Program-made: the position numbers and the translations under genes | Assembly: GCA_018221045.1 (NCBI GenBank) | Contig: JAAOXT010000004.1 | Location: forward strand, 25,117 to 89,116 | DNA: 64,000 nt | Origin: Nanobdellota archaeon | GTDB taxonomy: Archaea; Nanobdellota; Nanobdellia; JAAOXT01 | Reading direction: 5' to 3' | In this document: positions 47,599 to 56,702 of the stretch, in pieces | Layout: each line of letters begins with the position of its first letter | Numbering within the stretch: the first letter of the stretch is position 1 | The notes under the pieces: model-generated | What the model was told of the DNA's origin: nothing | Databases searched by the model: none | The model's input: the letters and a program-made list of their open reading frames with translations, nothing else

Positions 47599-47961
47599 TT
47601 AAACGCTGAACTTCGTGCTCGTCACGAAGTTAAAGTACTCTGCAATTCCTTTGTTTTCTAGAAAATTTTTTGCTCCAGCGTAAACCTGCTCCAGTTTTGA
47701 ACCTTCTTCCATACAAAGGTCCAATCCTGTTAAAACAGCTAACTCAATGTCCTCAGGAGAGCATCCGAATTCAAAAGCTATTTTCATTGTGTAAGGATTA
47801 ATAGGTGTGTTAGAAACGAGTCTTAGCATTGACATCCTAATCTTTAATTTGGATTTATCAGTTAGTGTTCTGCGAGAAAAACCTGTTTCGTACTCTGAGT
47901 CCCCGTTTTTATGAAATATTGATAAACTATCAAGATTATCAAAATCCTCCCCTTTTATCAT
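47599..47961 (-). CDS. Hypothetical protein
   Basis: 120-aa ORF between ftsZ and secE. No family recognised. Confidence 0.45.
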   Translation of the reverse strand: MIKGEDFDNLDSLSIFHKNGDSEYETGFSRRTLTDKSKLKIRMSMLRLVSNTPINPYTMKIAFEFGCSPEDIELAVLTGLDLCMEEGSKLEQVYAGAKNFLENKGIAEYFNFVTSTKFSV

Positions 47962-48042
47962 ACAAAAATAGCAACCACGATCAGTTTATAAGAATTCCTA
48001 AAATAAATTTTAAAAAAAGATAAAAAAAAGGTAAAAGTTTTT

Positions 48043-49182
48043 TTACCTTAAGAATTCGATTCCGAGTTCTTTCTCTATTTTGCGTTTTCTCTGGTCTTCA
48101 AAAGTGCTTGACGGCCCGAAGATTTGGGGTGATTGAACTCCAGTCACTATGAGTATGGTCCTTATAGTGTCTTGTAAGTCGTTGCTTATTTGCGCTCCCC
48201 AAATAATTTTCGCGTCACCATCCAACTTCTCGCTAACGGTCTGAACAACTTGTCTTGCTTCTTCTAACGTCATGTTCGCTCCACCTGCAACATTGATTAA
48301 CGCTCCTTTGGCCCCGGATATGTCAACATCCAACAATGGGTTCTGAATCGCTTTCTCAACGGCTTCAATCGCCCTGTTCTCAGTATCGCTCTCTCCCACG
48401 CCAATCATCGCCACTCCTCCTTCTTTCATAACCGCTTTAATGTCCGCGAAGTCTAAGTTAATCAGGCCTGGCTTGGTTACCATTTCAGCAATTCCTTTCA
48501 CGGCGTTGGTCAGTATTTCGTCCGCAACCTTAAAAGCAGTGAACAACGGCAGGTCTGGCGCAATTTCTAACAACTTATCGTTTGGAATGACTATCAAAGT
48601 ATCAACTATTCCTTGAAGTTTTTCCAATCCTTCTTGAGCGTTGGCCATTCTCTTCCTTCCTTCTATACCAAAGGGTAGGGTTACAACACCAACTGTTAGC
48701 GCACCTATTTTTTTAGCTACTTCAGCTACTACTGGAGCGCCTCCAGTACCTGTTCCGCCACCAAGTCCGCATGTTATGAACACCATGTCCGCGCCTTGGA
48801 GGGCCTGTTTTATTTCTTGCTCTGTTTCTTTAGCTGCTTCTTCACCTTTTTTAGGGTCCGCGCCTGCACCTAATCCTCCTGTAACGTCTCTTCCTAGCAA
48901 TAATTTTTTATCAGCTAGTGCGACGAGAAGGTCTTGAGCGTCTGTATTCATAGCAATTAATTCTGCTCCTTTAATACCTACGTCCGTCATTCTTGTTATC
49001 GTATTGTTACCTGCTCCTCCAACACCGACAACTTTTATCGCTGCTTTCTTTTTAGATAATAGTTCTTCCAGTTCGGCGTCAACGTCAAGTGTTCTGGACA
49101 TGTCAGGTCTAACTTCTTTTTCATAGCTGGGTTCTTCTTTTTGGATGCCAAATCCTTTTGCAGAAGACATAAGATTCTCCAT
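48043..49182 (-). CDS. ftsZ: Cell division GTPase FtsZ (paralog B)
   Basis: GVGGAGNN and [12 protein letters not shown]. The position upstream of secE-spt5 is typical for archaeal FtsZ1. Confidence 0.9.
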   Translation of the reverse strand: MENLMSSAKGFGIQKEEPSYEKEVRPDMSRTLDVDAELEELLSKKKAAIKVVGVGGAGNNTITRMTDVGIKGAELIAMNTDAQDLLVALADKKLLLGRDVTGGLGAGADPKKGEEAAKETEQEIKQALQGADMVFITCGLGGGTGTGGAPVVAEVAKKIGALTVGVVTLPFGIEGRKRMANAQEGLEKLQGIVDTLIVIPNDKLLEIAPDLPLFTAFKVADEILTNAVKGIAEMVTKPGLINLDFADIKAVMKEGGVAMIGVGESDTENRAIEAVEKAIQNPLLDVDISGAKGALINVAGGANMTLEEARQVVQTVSEKLDGDAKIIWGAQISNDLQDTIRTILIVTGVQSPQIFGPSSTFEDQRKRKIEKELGIEFLR

Positions 49183-49326
49183 TTTTTTATTTTATTCTCC
49201 TATTTAATTTGATTATGTATCATTAAAACAAGTGGCTTTCACTTATAAATTTTAATGCACTCAGAAATAGAACTTGTATTGATTAAACACACATTTTAAG
49301 ATAAACGATTAAGTTTTTGATTTTTT

Positions 49327-50031
49327 TTAATCATTTTTTGATTTTTTCTCTTTTTTTAGTTGTGTGTTTTTCACGTGTTGTTTTGTTATCTTGTATTTTA
49401 CTTTTTTTATCTCGTTTATGTTGTTTTGTATGATTTGAGTTATCTTGTTTTTTAGGAATTCTGGAAGCTCTATTTTAGTGCTTATTGTTAATTCGCCTTG
49501 TTTTAATTCAATTCTTGGCTCGCTAATCCTTGTAAAGTATGTCACGATAGATTTTGCTTTTTCCGGGATTTTGTTGATTTTATTCAGTATTTTTATTTTA
49601 TAACATAATTCCTTGCCAGCTAAAGGATTGTTGAAGTCCACTATTATTCTTCCTCCGCTGACTGTTCTTATCAGGCCTTGCATGTTGTCTACGCTTATCG
49701 CTAGACCCGCCACAGGGGTTATGTTGTGTTCTTCGAAGTATTTTCTAGGTATTAGTTTGATTAATTGTTTGCGTCTTGGTCCGAAACCGTCTTCTGGTTT
49801 GACGCTTGTTTCGTATTCATCTCCTTCCTCGTGTTCCAGCAGGGAATCATCTATTCCTTTTAGAATCTGGTTTTCGCCAATGATTATTGTTATTGGCGCG
49901 TATTTTTGTCTTGAGTCGTAGAACTCTTCTTTTTTGGCTACGCTTTCTTTAGTTGTATCAAACACTTTTTCTGTTTCTTTGACCGTGCCGGTATAATCTA
50001 ATTTAACGAAATCTTTTTTTTGTAGTTTCAT
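49327..50031 (-). CDS. FKBP-type peptidyl-prolyl isomerase (long archaeal SlyD-like form)
   Basis: DYTGTV...FDTT..., IF-domain insertion, and DFNNPLAGKEL. Confidence 0.8.
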   Translation of the reverse strand: MKLQKKDFVKLDYTGTVKETEKVFDTTKESVAKKEEFYDSRQKYAPITIIIGENQILKGIDDSLLEHEEGDEYETSVKPEDGFGPRRKQLIKLIPRKYFEEHNITPVAGLAISVDNMQGLIRTVSGGRIIVDFNNPLAGKELCYKIKILNKINKIPEKAKSIVTYFTRISEPRIELKQGELTISTKIELPEFLKNKITQIIQNNINEIKKVKYKITKQHVKNTQLKKEKKSKND

Positions 50032-50110
50032 TTTTAGTCTTTGAAGAATATCTTTCCTTAAAAAGGGTTTTGATTTCTTATTTTTTCGGGTTTTCCAGTT
50101 TTTAGAGTTT

Positions 50111-50389
50111 TTATTTTGTTAATGGTATCTCTATGGTGGATACGTTCGACTCGTCTCCTTCTTCGTTGCTCATTCTTTCTGTTCCAACGCTTATTTGCCC
50201 GACTTTTAGGTCGTTTAAAAACTTGTTTTTTGTTATCTCTGCAACGTCTACCGCTCTACTTATCGATTTTCCTCTTGCCTTTATTACTACGTTCTCAGCT
50301 CCTCTCTGGAATTGGGTTATTACTGCGAACACGTAGCTCATCGGCGCTTTTTTTCCTATTAACACGAAGTTATCATCTTTTTTAGTCAT
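50111..50389 (-). CDS. albA: Chromatin/RNA-binding protein Alba
   Basis: VLIGKKAPMSYVFAVITQF...VVIKARGKSISRAVDVAEI. 92 aa. Confidence 0.9.
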   Translation of the reverse strand: MTKKDDNFVLIGKKAPMSYVFAVITQFQRGAENVVIKARGKSISRAVDVAEITKNKFLNDLKVGQISVGTERMSNEEGDESNVSTIEIPLTK

Positions 50390-50439
50390 TGTTTATCACT
50401 TCATTCTCTTTATGAAAGGGGTTGTTTTTAATCTTTTTG

Positions 50440-52794
50440 TCATATCATGGGATATTGATAATCATTATCAGGGTAATCGTGTAACTCGTAAGGGTCAACT
50501 GCAAGAGGGGTATCAGATGTATAACTATATGGGTGGCAGTAATTAGAATCTGTATAATAACCTAAAAGGTCAATGAAGTGTATTTGTCCAAAGTTCACGA
50601 TGACGTCACAGATGTATGTTCTTTCCGCCCAGTCCATTATTTTTTGCACGTTGTAGTCTCCTACGCTTCGCTCGCATCCGAGTGGCGTCCACGTCGTTCC
50701 TTTTGGGCAGCAGTACTTTCCAGGAGTTTGGTCGAGTCCAGAGCAAGTTGAGCCTGGCTGGCACTCACATGAGCTAGTGCATTCTTTACCCGCTACGCTG
50801 GCGCTTACTTTGCTTTCGTATTTTTGTATGCATTCTTGCATTGAATCCCTTACCTGCGGGTAGCGCGGAGCCATGCACACGTCTGTCAGGCAGTTAGCGC
50901 AAACACCACCTATCAGCTCGGTTACTTGTCCAAACCCGGGTATTAGCATCCACCAGCAGCACCCCAACCAATTGGATTCAAGACAGTTCCTGCTTCGCTG
51001 TATCATCCCCCCATCAATAGCGTTATTGGCTTTGTTAGAATCATAATACTTAACATTTTCTCCGCTGTAATCAAATTTTTTATTCATAAAGCACATTTTG
51101 ATTTCTTGCTCGTTGTCCATTAATTCTTCTCCCGCATCATCAATTCTTATCATGTACCCGCAAGCATCCCTATCCTGTGCTGGACAATTTGGGTTGCAAA
51201 TAGCTTCTTCTGAATCATAAAGTGGACAATAGGATATACTCATGTCTTGCGGACAGTTCTCACAGTTCTCACCTAAATCAGTCTCTGCCACCCCGTTCCC
51301 GCAGTAAGGGAAGTAATTATAGTCCAGGAAACCTAATTTGTTTTCGTAGACAGGTATTGGCACGTTTTGACCGTAATCCGCTGACGTGATCACGTCGTAG
51401 TCGTACTCGTAATCATAGCAGTACTTCCATTCCCTGACCAAATCATAACTCGCCTCATTACCTGCAGAGCATGTTTTACTTATCTCAAAAATCGAGGTTT
51501 GGGAGCCTGAAACGGATTCTAGTTCACATTCTTGCCACGTGTCGATTGCCGTGCACTTGTACTTGGCGTTTTGCACGTAAATGTATCCTGTTCCTGTAAA
51601 GTCTCCTCCAGAAGCGCTTATTATGTCTTCATCAAATACTGAGAACGTTTTATCCATCCTATTGATTGTTATGCTATTCTTATCTCCTGACAAGTCCGTG
51701 TAAACGTCTTCTTGTGGTATCGAATCTATTGCGTGTTTGCCCGCGCCTTTCAGGTAACATTCTTCCTGTTCAACCAAGTCTAAACAGACTGAAGGGTTTA
51801 ATTTTGCTTCGTCGCAACTGTCTTGGCAAAACGTTTGGACTGAACCGCAGTTTTTCCATTTTTTGATACCATTCTCTACCACGATGTTTTCATCCTCATC
51901 TCTTACATAAGGGTCCACGTAGCAGTCTCCTGACGGGTTCCATTCAGTGGTTCCTGCTTCAGCGTCCCAATTGGTTTCCCAGCTTAACGGCCAATCGCTT
52001 GTCGTATGGCTTATGCTTGTGTCTCCTTTTATGGCGAAGGTAAATTTGATTGGTAGGCTCAGGATTTTTTTCTCCATCTTGTTAGGGAAGTTCATACAGC
52101 AAAGGATTTTTGGGTCTGACACGTTGATGAATGATGTTGAGTTATATCCCGCGCAGTTCACGCCGCTGCAGGACATGGGCTCTTGCACTCCTCCTTGACA
52201 GTCTTCATCGTTCCCGTCCTCTAATCCATCCATGTCATCATCCTCCCCATTGTTACATACATCCATACATTGACCGTCCTCACAACCAATTCCAGTTCGG
52301 GAGTTCCACTCGTTTGGAGAACAGTCGTAAACGTTTTTTCTTTCCAGTGGGCATCGAAAAGTTTTTTCAAAAAGACCGAAGCTTATGAGCCTCCAACAAC
52401 CTTCCGTGTCCCCGTAACAGTCTTTGTCTGCAGGGCAGATGTAATCATAGCCAGTTATTCCGCAAGTTCCAGTAAACCACTCTTCAACATTCTTCACGCA
52501 CCTTTTGCCTGTGTGTTCTAGCGTGCACGCAGTGTTTTCTGATTGCGTTATCTCTCCGTCCATTGAAACATCTACGTAAATTGTTTGGTCGTCTTCCACG
52601 TTTTGGAATGGGTTGACCGTTTCAGGCGGGGCTTTGTATTCTGATAAAGCGCTTCCAAGAACCATGACAGTGTTGCCAGACTGGTTGTTGTAATACATTT
52701 CCATGAAACCGTTGTAAATGTCTGACGGGTTCGCTGCAATAACTGTTGGAATAATGAACAAACAAGTGGTTATGAAGAGTAATTTTTTATCCAC
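50440..52794 (-). CDS. Cluster gene S: 784-aa secreted, extremely Cys-rich protein
   Basis: Sec-type signal MDKKLLFITTCLFIIPTVIAA. About 50 Cys by hand count. Acidic motif CNNGEDDDMDGLEDGNDEDC. Overlaps gene R by 8 nt. No family recognised. Confidence 0.7.
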   Translation of the reverse strand: MDKKLLFITTCLFIIPTVIAANPSDIYNGFMEMYYNNQSGNTVMVLGSALSEYKAPPETVNPFQNVEDDQTIYVDVSMDGEITQSENTACTLEHTGKRCVKNVEEWFTGTCGITGYDYICPADKDCYGDTEGCWRLISFGLFEKTFRCPLERKNVYDCSPNEWNSRTGIGCEDGQCMDVCNNGEDDDMDGLEDGNDEDCQGGVQEPMSCSGVNCAGYNSTSFINVSDPKILCCMNFPNKMEKKILSLPIKFTFAIKGDTSISHTTSDWPLSWETNWDAEAGTTEWNPSGDCYVDPYVRDEDENIVVENGIKKWKNCGSVQTFCQDSCDEAKLNPSVCLDLVEQEECYLKGAGKHAIDSIPQEDVYTDLSGDKNSITINRMDKTFSVFDEDIISASGGDFTGTGYIYVQNAKYKCTAIDTWQECELESVSGSQTSIFEISKTCSAGNEASYDLVREWKYCYDYEYDYDVITSADYGQNVPIPVYENKLGFLDYNYFPYCGNGVAETDLGENCENCPQDMSISYCPLYDSEEAICNPNCPAQDRDACGYMIRIDDAGEELMDNEQEIKMCFMNKKFDYSGENVKYYDSNKANNAIDGGMIQRSRNCLESNWLGCCWWMLIPGFGQVTELIGGVCANCLTDVCMAPRYPQVRDSMQECIQKYESKVSASVAGKECTSSCECQPGSTCSGLDQTPGKYCCPKGTTWTPLGCERSVGDYNVQKIMDWAERTYICDVIVNFGQIHFIDLLGYYTDSNYCHPYSYTSDTPLAVDPYELHDYPDNDYQYPMI

Positions 52795-55375
52795 AGCGGT
52801 TCACCTCCAGTCCCCAACAAGAACCGTATCGTACCACAAAGTATTCGTTTCCAAGAATATCTGTTCCAGAGCAACAGTTTTGTGTTTCTGGGTTAAAAAG
52901 CGATATGAATGTTCCGGCAGCGCAGTTAGCGCAACAGTATCCTGTTTGCTCGCAAACACTTACACTGTTATAATTAAATGTTTTTTGAGTTACTGTGCTA
53001 GTAGTAAACCCTGAGTTATGTGTACATGTAACTGTTAATTTCACGTTTATACTTGATTCGGGATACCCCTGCGCACAATCAGTATCGTGTTCCACAAACG
53101 TGATTAAATCCCTTGGGTTTTCGGTTGGCGAAGAAGGTGAAGGGTAAATAATGTCTCCATCCCTGTTCTTAACGAGCCAATGATAAACACAGTCGGTTTC
53201 AGGTATCCCACATTGCAGGTTGGAAGCTATTTTTTGGCTTGATCCTTGAGCGTTTAACCAATAATCCACTGAATCCACAAAAGTTATGCCACCACACCAC
53301 CACCCTCCTGAATACAATATCTTACCAATTGGCAATATGACTGCGTCGGGCACGGGCTTGGCGTCAAGTGTAATACTCATAGTAGTGCAGTTCGTGTGCC
53401 TGGTTTGAGGGTTGTCAACGCTCTGCGTTGTGCTCGGAGGACTGCCCGAAACATAGTTAGCTGTCACGCATACCTTCACGTCAGTCCTGGCGTAATTACT
53501 CCCCTCAGGAAACGTTAATTCCATCCTGGTTTGGTCGTTGTAACTGCTAGGCTGCTCAGTTCCCCCTATTTGATTGCCATTAGTGTCGTAATTTCTAACA
53601 AACCATCTTATTGTCTGTTGTCTTGCGAAGTGTTCGGACAAGTCGAAATAAGCTCCTACGCTTTGGCAAGCACTTCCTTGGATTAACTGGTCGTTGAAAG
53701 AGTAATAACCTTTTATTTTCCCTGAAAGCGCGCCGTAAGCCTTAAACAACTGGTCTTTAAATTCGTCGTCGAATCTTGTCAGGCTCTGCACTTTTTTGTC
53801 AGAGTAAGGCGGGGCTTCTTCCAAATCGTCGTTATCATCATTCCAAACATCATCGTAGAAGTCCCTGACCCTCTGCCTATCCGTGCTACCCCAATCTATC
53901 GTGCCGTCAGAGTCTATTTTGATTAAAGACACATCATCTGACATCTCTCTGGGCTTGCAGGGAACGCATGAAGTATTGTACGTTTCCATGGCGTAAGCGT
54001 AAGGGCTCAAATCACTATTAGTGTCAACGTAATCGATGCTGGCTTCGTTGTCCGTGAACGTGTAATTGTACCCGTCGTGCGATGCCGCAAGGCCTCTTTC
54101 AGAGTTGAACTCGTCAAGAATCATTTTTTCCACTCGGGAAGCGTCGTAAACACAGGTTGCACTGCAGTTCACAGGATCCTCTCCTGAACAACCTCCTGTC
54201 TTCACGGGTTCTCTGCTTGTTATCTTGCACGTCGGGTTTTGTGTGCTGAACTCTGGACTAGGGGTCTCGTACCAAACGAATTCCCCAACGCTTTTCTTAA
54301 TTCCTGGAACGCAACCCGTCCATTCACCGTCAACGCACATGCTGACCATTGTGGTTTTGCAGTTATTGCTGCCGCAGTCTTGGCTTGTTTCATTGTAGTT
54401 TTCAGTGTTGAAAGCGAATCTTTGTTTTAGCACGTGAACGTCGTTCACCCCGCTCGAGTAGGAGCCTGTGCACTGCCTTTCTTCGTAGAACTCTGTTATC
54501 GTCGAGTCCGGAGAATACTCCGCTCCGTAGCTCGTGTCAGCCGAGTACGTTCCTGTTTGGTCTATCCTGTAAGCGCAGGTTTCGTTGTGCGTGATGATTG
54601 AGTATTTGTTGAGTTGTTGTTTGGCCATGGTTTCGTAGTCTTTGTTTAAGACAAAGTTTTTGGCTTCTTCGTAAAGGCTTGGGAATTTGTTCTCCACCAC
54701 GTTGTGCACGAGGGTTGTGGCCGTGTAGCTGACGGATGGCTTGCCTTGGTAGCTCGCGCCAAGAAGTCTTATCTTGTCGTCGCCCACTATGAACCATTGA
54801 TTTTCAAAGTAATTTCTATCTGATGACGGGCATAGGTCTCCTCCAATGTCGCTGTTTTTCACTCCGCACGACGCCAGTTGGTAAACGTATTTTACGTTGA
54901 AGTTCAGTCCGTAAATTATTTCTAGACTGTTTAGGAAGTTCTGGTCTGGCGTGGCGGAGAATCTTTCAGCTATAAGTGTTATGTTATTGAGTATTGACGT
55001 GAATTCTGGAATGCAGAAGGAGGGATTGGATGACGCGTTGTACCAGTAAGGCACTACTTTTTCTGGCATGTAATTGTGTTTTGGGAGTGTGTCTAAGTAA
55101 CCGCATTCCTGGTCTCTTATTTGACTTTGGTTTCCGCCGTAACCCCCTCTGCTTCCTATTTGGTAAATTATTTTTTCGAAAGTGTATCTTCTTTCCCTGT
55201 CCAATAGGAATTTGATGTTTTCCGCTGTTTGGGCTGTCTGAACTATCTGTGTTCTATAAAAAGGCAAGGCAGATTCTGAGGAAGCTCTTATCGCAATGTA
55301 TCCCATCCCGAACGCTGCTAGCGACAATATTGATATTGTTACAAGTATGTAAGCTAAGGATTGGGCTTTTTTCAT
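52787..55375 (-). CDS. Cluster gene R: about 862-aa Cys-rich surface protein with a class III-like signal (MKKA|QSLAYILVTISILSLAAFG)
   Basis: ATG 55375 abuts the stop of gene Q. The track start 55456 lies inside Q. The long ectodomain has many Cys and ends in a CCANCAAG...CCSG...CWGLEVNRCG knot. Confidence 0.7.
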   Translation of the reverse strand: MKKAQSLAYILVTISILSLAAFGMGYIAIRASSESALPFYRTQIVQTAQTAENIKFLLDRERRYTFEKIIYQIGSRGGYGGNQSQIRDQECGYLDTLPKHNYMPEKVVPYWYNASSNPSFCIPEFTSILNNITLIAERFSATPDQNFLNSLEIIYGLNFNVKYVYQLASCGVKNSDIGGDLCPSSDRNYFENQWFIVGDDKIRLLGASYQGKPSVSYTATTLVHNVVENKFPSLYEEAKNFVLNKDYETMAKQQLNKYSIITHNETCAYRIDQTGTYSADTSYGAEYSPDSTITEFYEERQCTGSYSSGVNDVHVLKQRFAFNTENYNETSQDCGSNNCKTTMVSMCVDGEWTGCVPGIKKSVGEFVWYETPSPEFSTQNPTCKITSREPVKTGGCSGEDPVNCSATCVYDASRVEKMILDEFNSERGLAASHDGYNYTFTDNEASIDYVDTNSDLSPYAYAMETYNTSCVPCKPREMSDDVSLIKIDSDGTIDWGSTDRQRVRDFYDDVWNDDNDDLEEAPPYSDKKVQSLTRFDDEFKDQLFKAYGALSGKIKGYYSFNDQLIQGSACQSVGAYFDLSEHFARQQTIRWFVRNYDTNGNQIGGTEQPSSYNDQTRMELTFPEGSNYARTDVKVCVTANYVSGSPPSTTQSVDNPQTRHTNCTTMSITLDAKPVPDAVILPIGKILYSGGWWCGGITFVDSVDYWLNAQGSSQKIASNLQCGIPETDCVYHWLVKNRDGDIIYPSPSSPTENPRDLITFVEHDTDCAQGYPESSINVKLTVTCTHNSGFTTSTVTQKTFNYNSVSVCEQTGYCCANCAAGTFISLFNPETQNCCSGTDILGNEYFVVRYGSCWGLEVNRCG

Positions 55376-55845
55376 GGCGTGAACGTCACCCCTTGTTTTT
55401 TGAACATCATGACTATTGTTGGCTCGCCTGAGGGCGAGTAAACTTTTATGAAACATTGTAGCGCGTATTTTTGGGTGGCTTCATCGCTGATTATGCTTCT
55501 TAGCTCTGAGCTTGAGCCGAAGCGAACGTGCATTCCCACGCTTTGCTCAAACCCCGGGTTTCTTTCAAGTTCTTCTTGGAACGCGAAGTATGACGCTGAC
55601 CTGTTGTAAAGGCTTTGGTATTTTTGTTTGAGGAAAGTGTCTGGAGTCATTCCTGTTTTTGAGTAGTCACTGCTCACAAGGTTTTCAAGAAGGTTTGTGC
55701 ACATACTGCTGGTTTCAGCGTCTTTTATTGAGAGTATTGCTTGCATGCTCACAGAGTCCACGAACATGGACATCACTAAAAGCAGTCCCATTATGATTAT
55801 CGTGCTTATTATCACCCCTACTCCTGTAAAGTCTCCTTTTTTCAT
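55372..55845 (-). CDS. Cluster gene Q: 157-aa pilin-like protein (MKKG|DFTGVGVIISTIIIMGLLLV)
   Basis: Short basic leader ending in KG, then a hydrophobic helix of about 22 residues, then a globular part of about 120 aa with only 2 Cys. ATGA coupling with gene P. Confidence 0.65.
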   Translation of the reverse strand: MKKGDFTGVGVIISTIIIMGLLLVMSMFVDSVSMQAILSIKDAETSSMCTNLLENLVSSDYSKTGMTPDTFLKQKYQSLYNRSASYFAFQEELERNPGFEQSVGMHVRFGSSSELRSIISDEATQKYALQCFIKVYSPSGEPTIVMMFKKQGVTFTP

Positions 55846-56702
55846 ACTTGCACCTCGAATTGTGTTGCTTCACCAAGTTTTTCTGCAGTGTGGTATTGTA
55901 CGCAGTCGTACAAGTCCCAGCGGAAGTTATCCGGGTTGGGCGCGCTTACTCCACAGTACTTAAAGCCAAACAACAGGTTTGCCAGAAGGGTTTCGGTTTC
56001 TGGGATACAGTTCTCCCAAGGAGGTCTTATCAGGGCTGAAACGATTTGTGGTGATGGTGACGCTTCGCAGAATTTGCCGAAGAATCTTCCTAAGTGCTTG
56101 ACCTGGTCTCCTGTTTGCTTGTCTTGGTAAACAATGAACACTGGATAACTGTATTGGTAGACTTTATCTCCTAGGCTTGAGTTGCATGGAGTGGCCCACA
56201 TACAAGGCACCCCCCTATAACTCGTGGAATCGGGGTCAGGATAAGATGGTATGAAGTATGACCTGTCGTGCGTTTTGGTGAAGAACCACGTGTTATCGTT
56301 TTCAACGTCTTGAACAACGATGGAGTACAGGATGGCGGGTCTTTCAAACGGGTTGTAAGCTCTTCCTCCAAGACTTATTTCAGGGTCGTCTTGTTTTATG
56401 CATTCCATGTTCTTCCAGTTTTCGAGTTTGTAAGCGTCCAGCACTCCTGGATAGATTCTTTGCTTGTAGTACACGTTGTAGTCTGGCTCGTCCGTTATCA
56501 GCATGTCTTTTTGTTCGAATGCTAGGCAATCAGCGCTGGAAAGCATTTTTCTGGAGAACACGAGGAATCGGGTTTCGCTTTGAAGCGAGTCAATGCTGAA
56601 CCCAATGTTTTGAACTTTGAACACTAAAGTGATGACTACTATAAAGAACAATAAGACTAGCCAGAGCATGTATATAGGTCCTTTCAAACTGAAATCAGTC
56701 AT
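55842..56702 (-). CDS. Cluster gene P: 286-aa single-pass protein (MTDFSLKG|PIYMLWLVLLFFIVVITLVF)
   Basis: N-terminal helix after SLKG. No gap to the stop of gene O. Confidence 0.65.
   Translation of the reverse strand: MTDFSLKGPIYMLWLVLLFFIVVITLVFKVQNIGFSIDSLQSETRFLVFSRKMLSSADCLAFEQKDMLITDEPDYNVYYKQRIYPGVLDAYKLENWKNMECIKQDDPEISLGGRAYNPFERPAILYSIVVQDVENDNTWFFTKTHDRSYFIPSYPDPDSTSYRGVPCMWATPCNSSLGDKVYQYSYPVFIVYQDKQTGDQVKHLGRFFGKFCEASPSPQIVSALIRPPWENCIPETETLLANLLFGFKYCGVSAPNPDNFRWDLYDCVQYHTAEKLGEATQFEVQV

Noticed and set aside
47414-47602. Plus-strand 62-aa hydrophobic ORF
   Set aside because: It is the antisense shadow of secE, which fits the conserved synteny and is translationally coupled to spt5.
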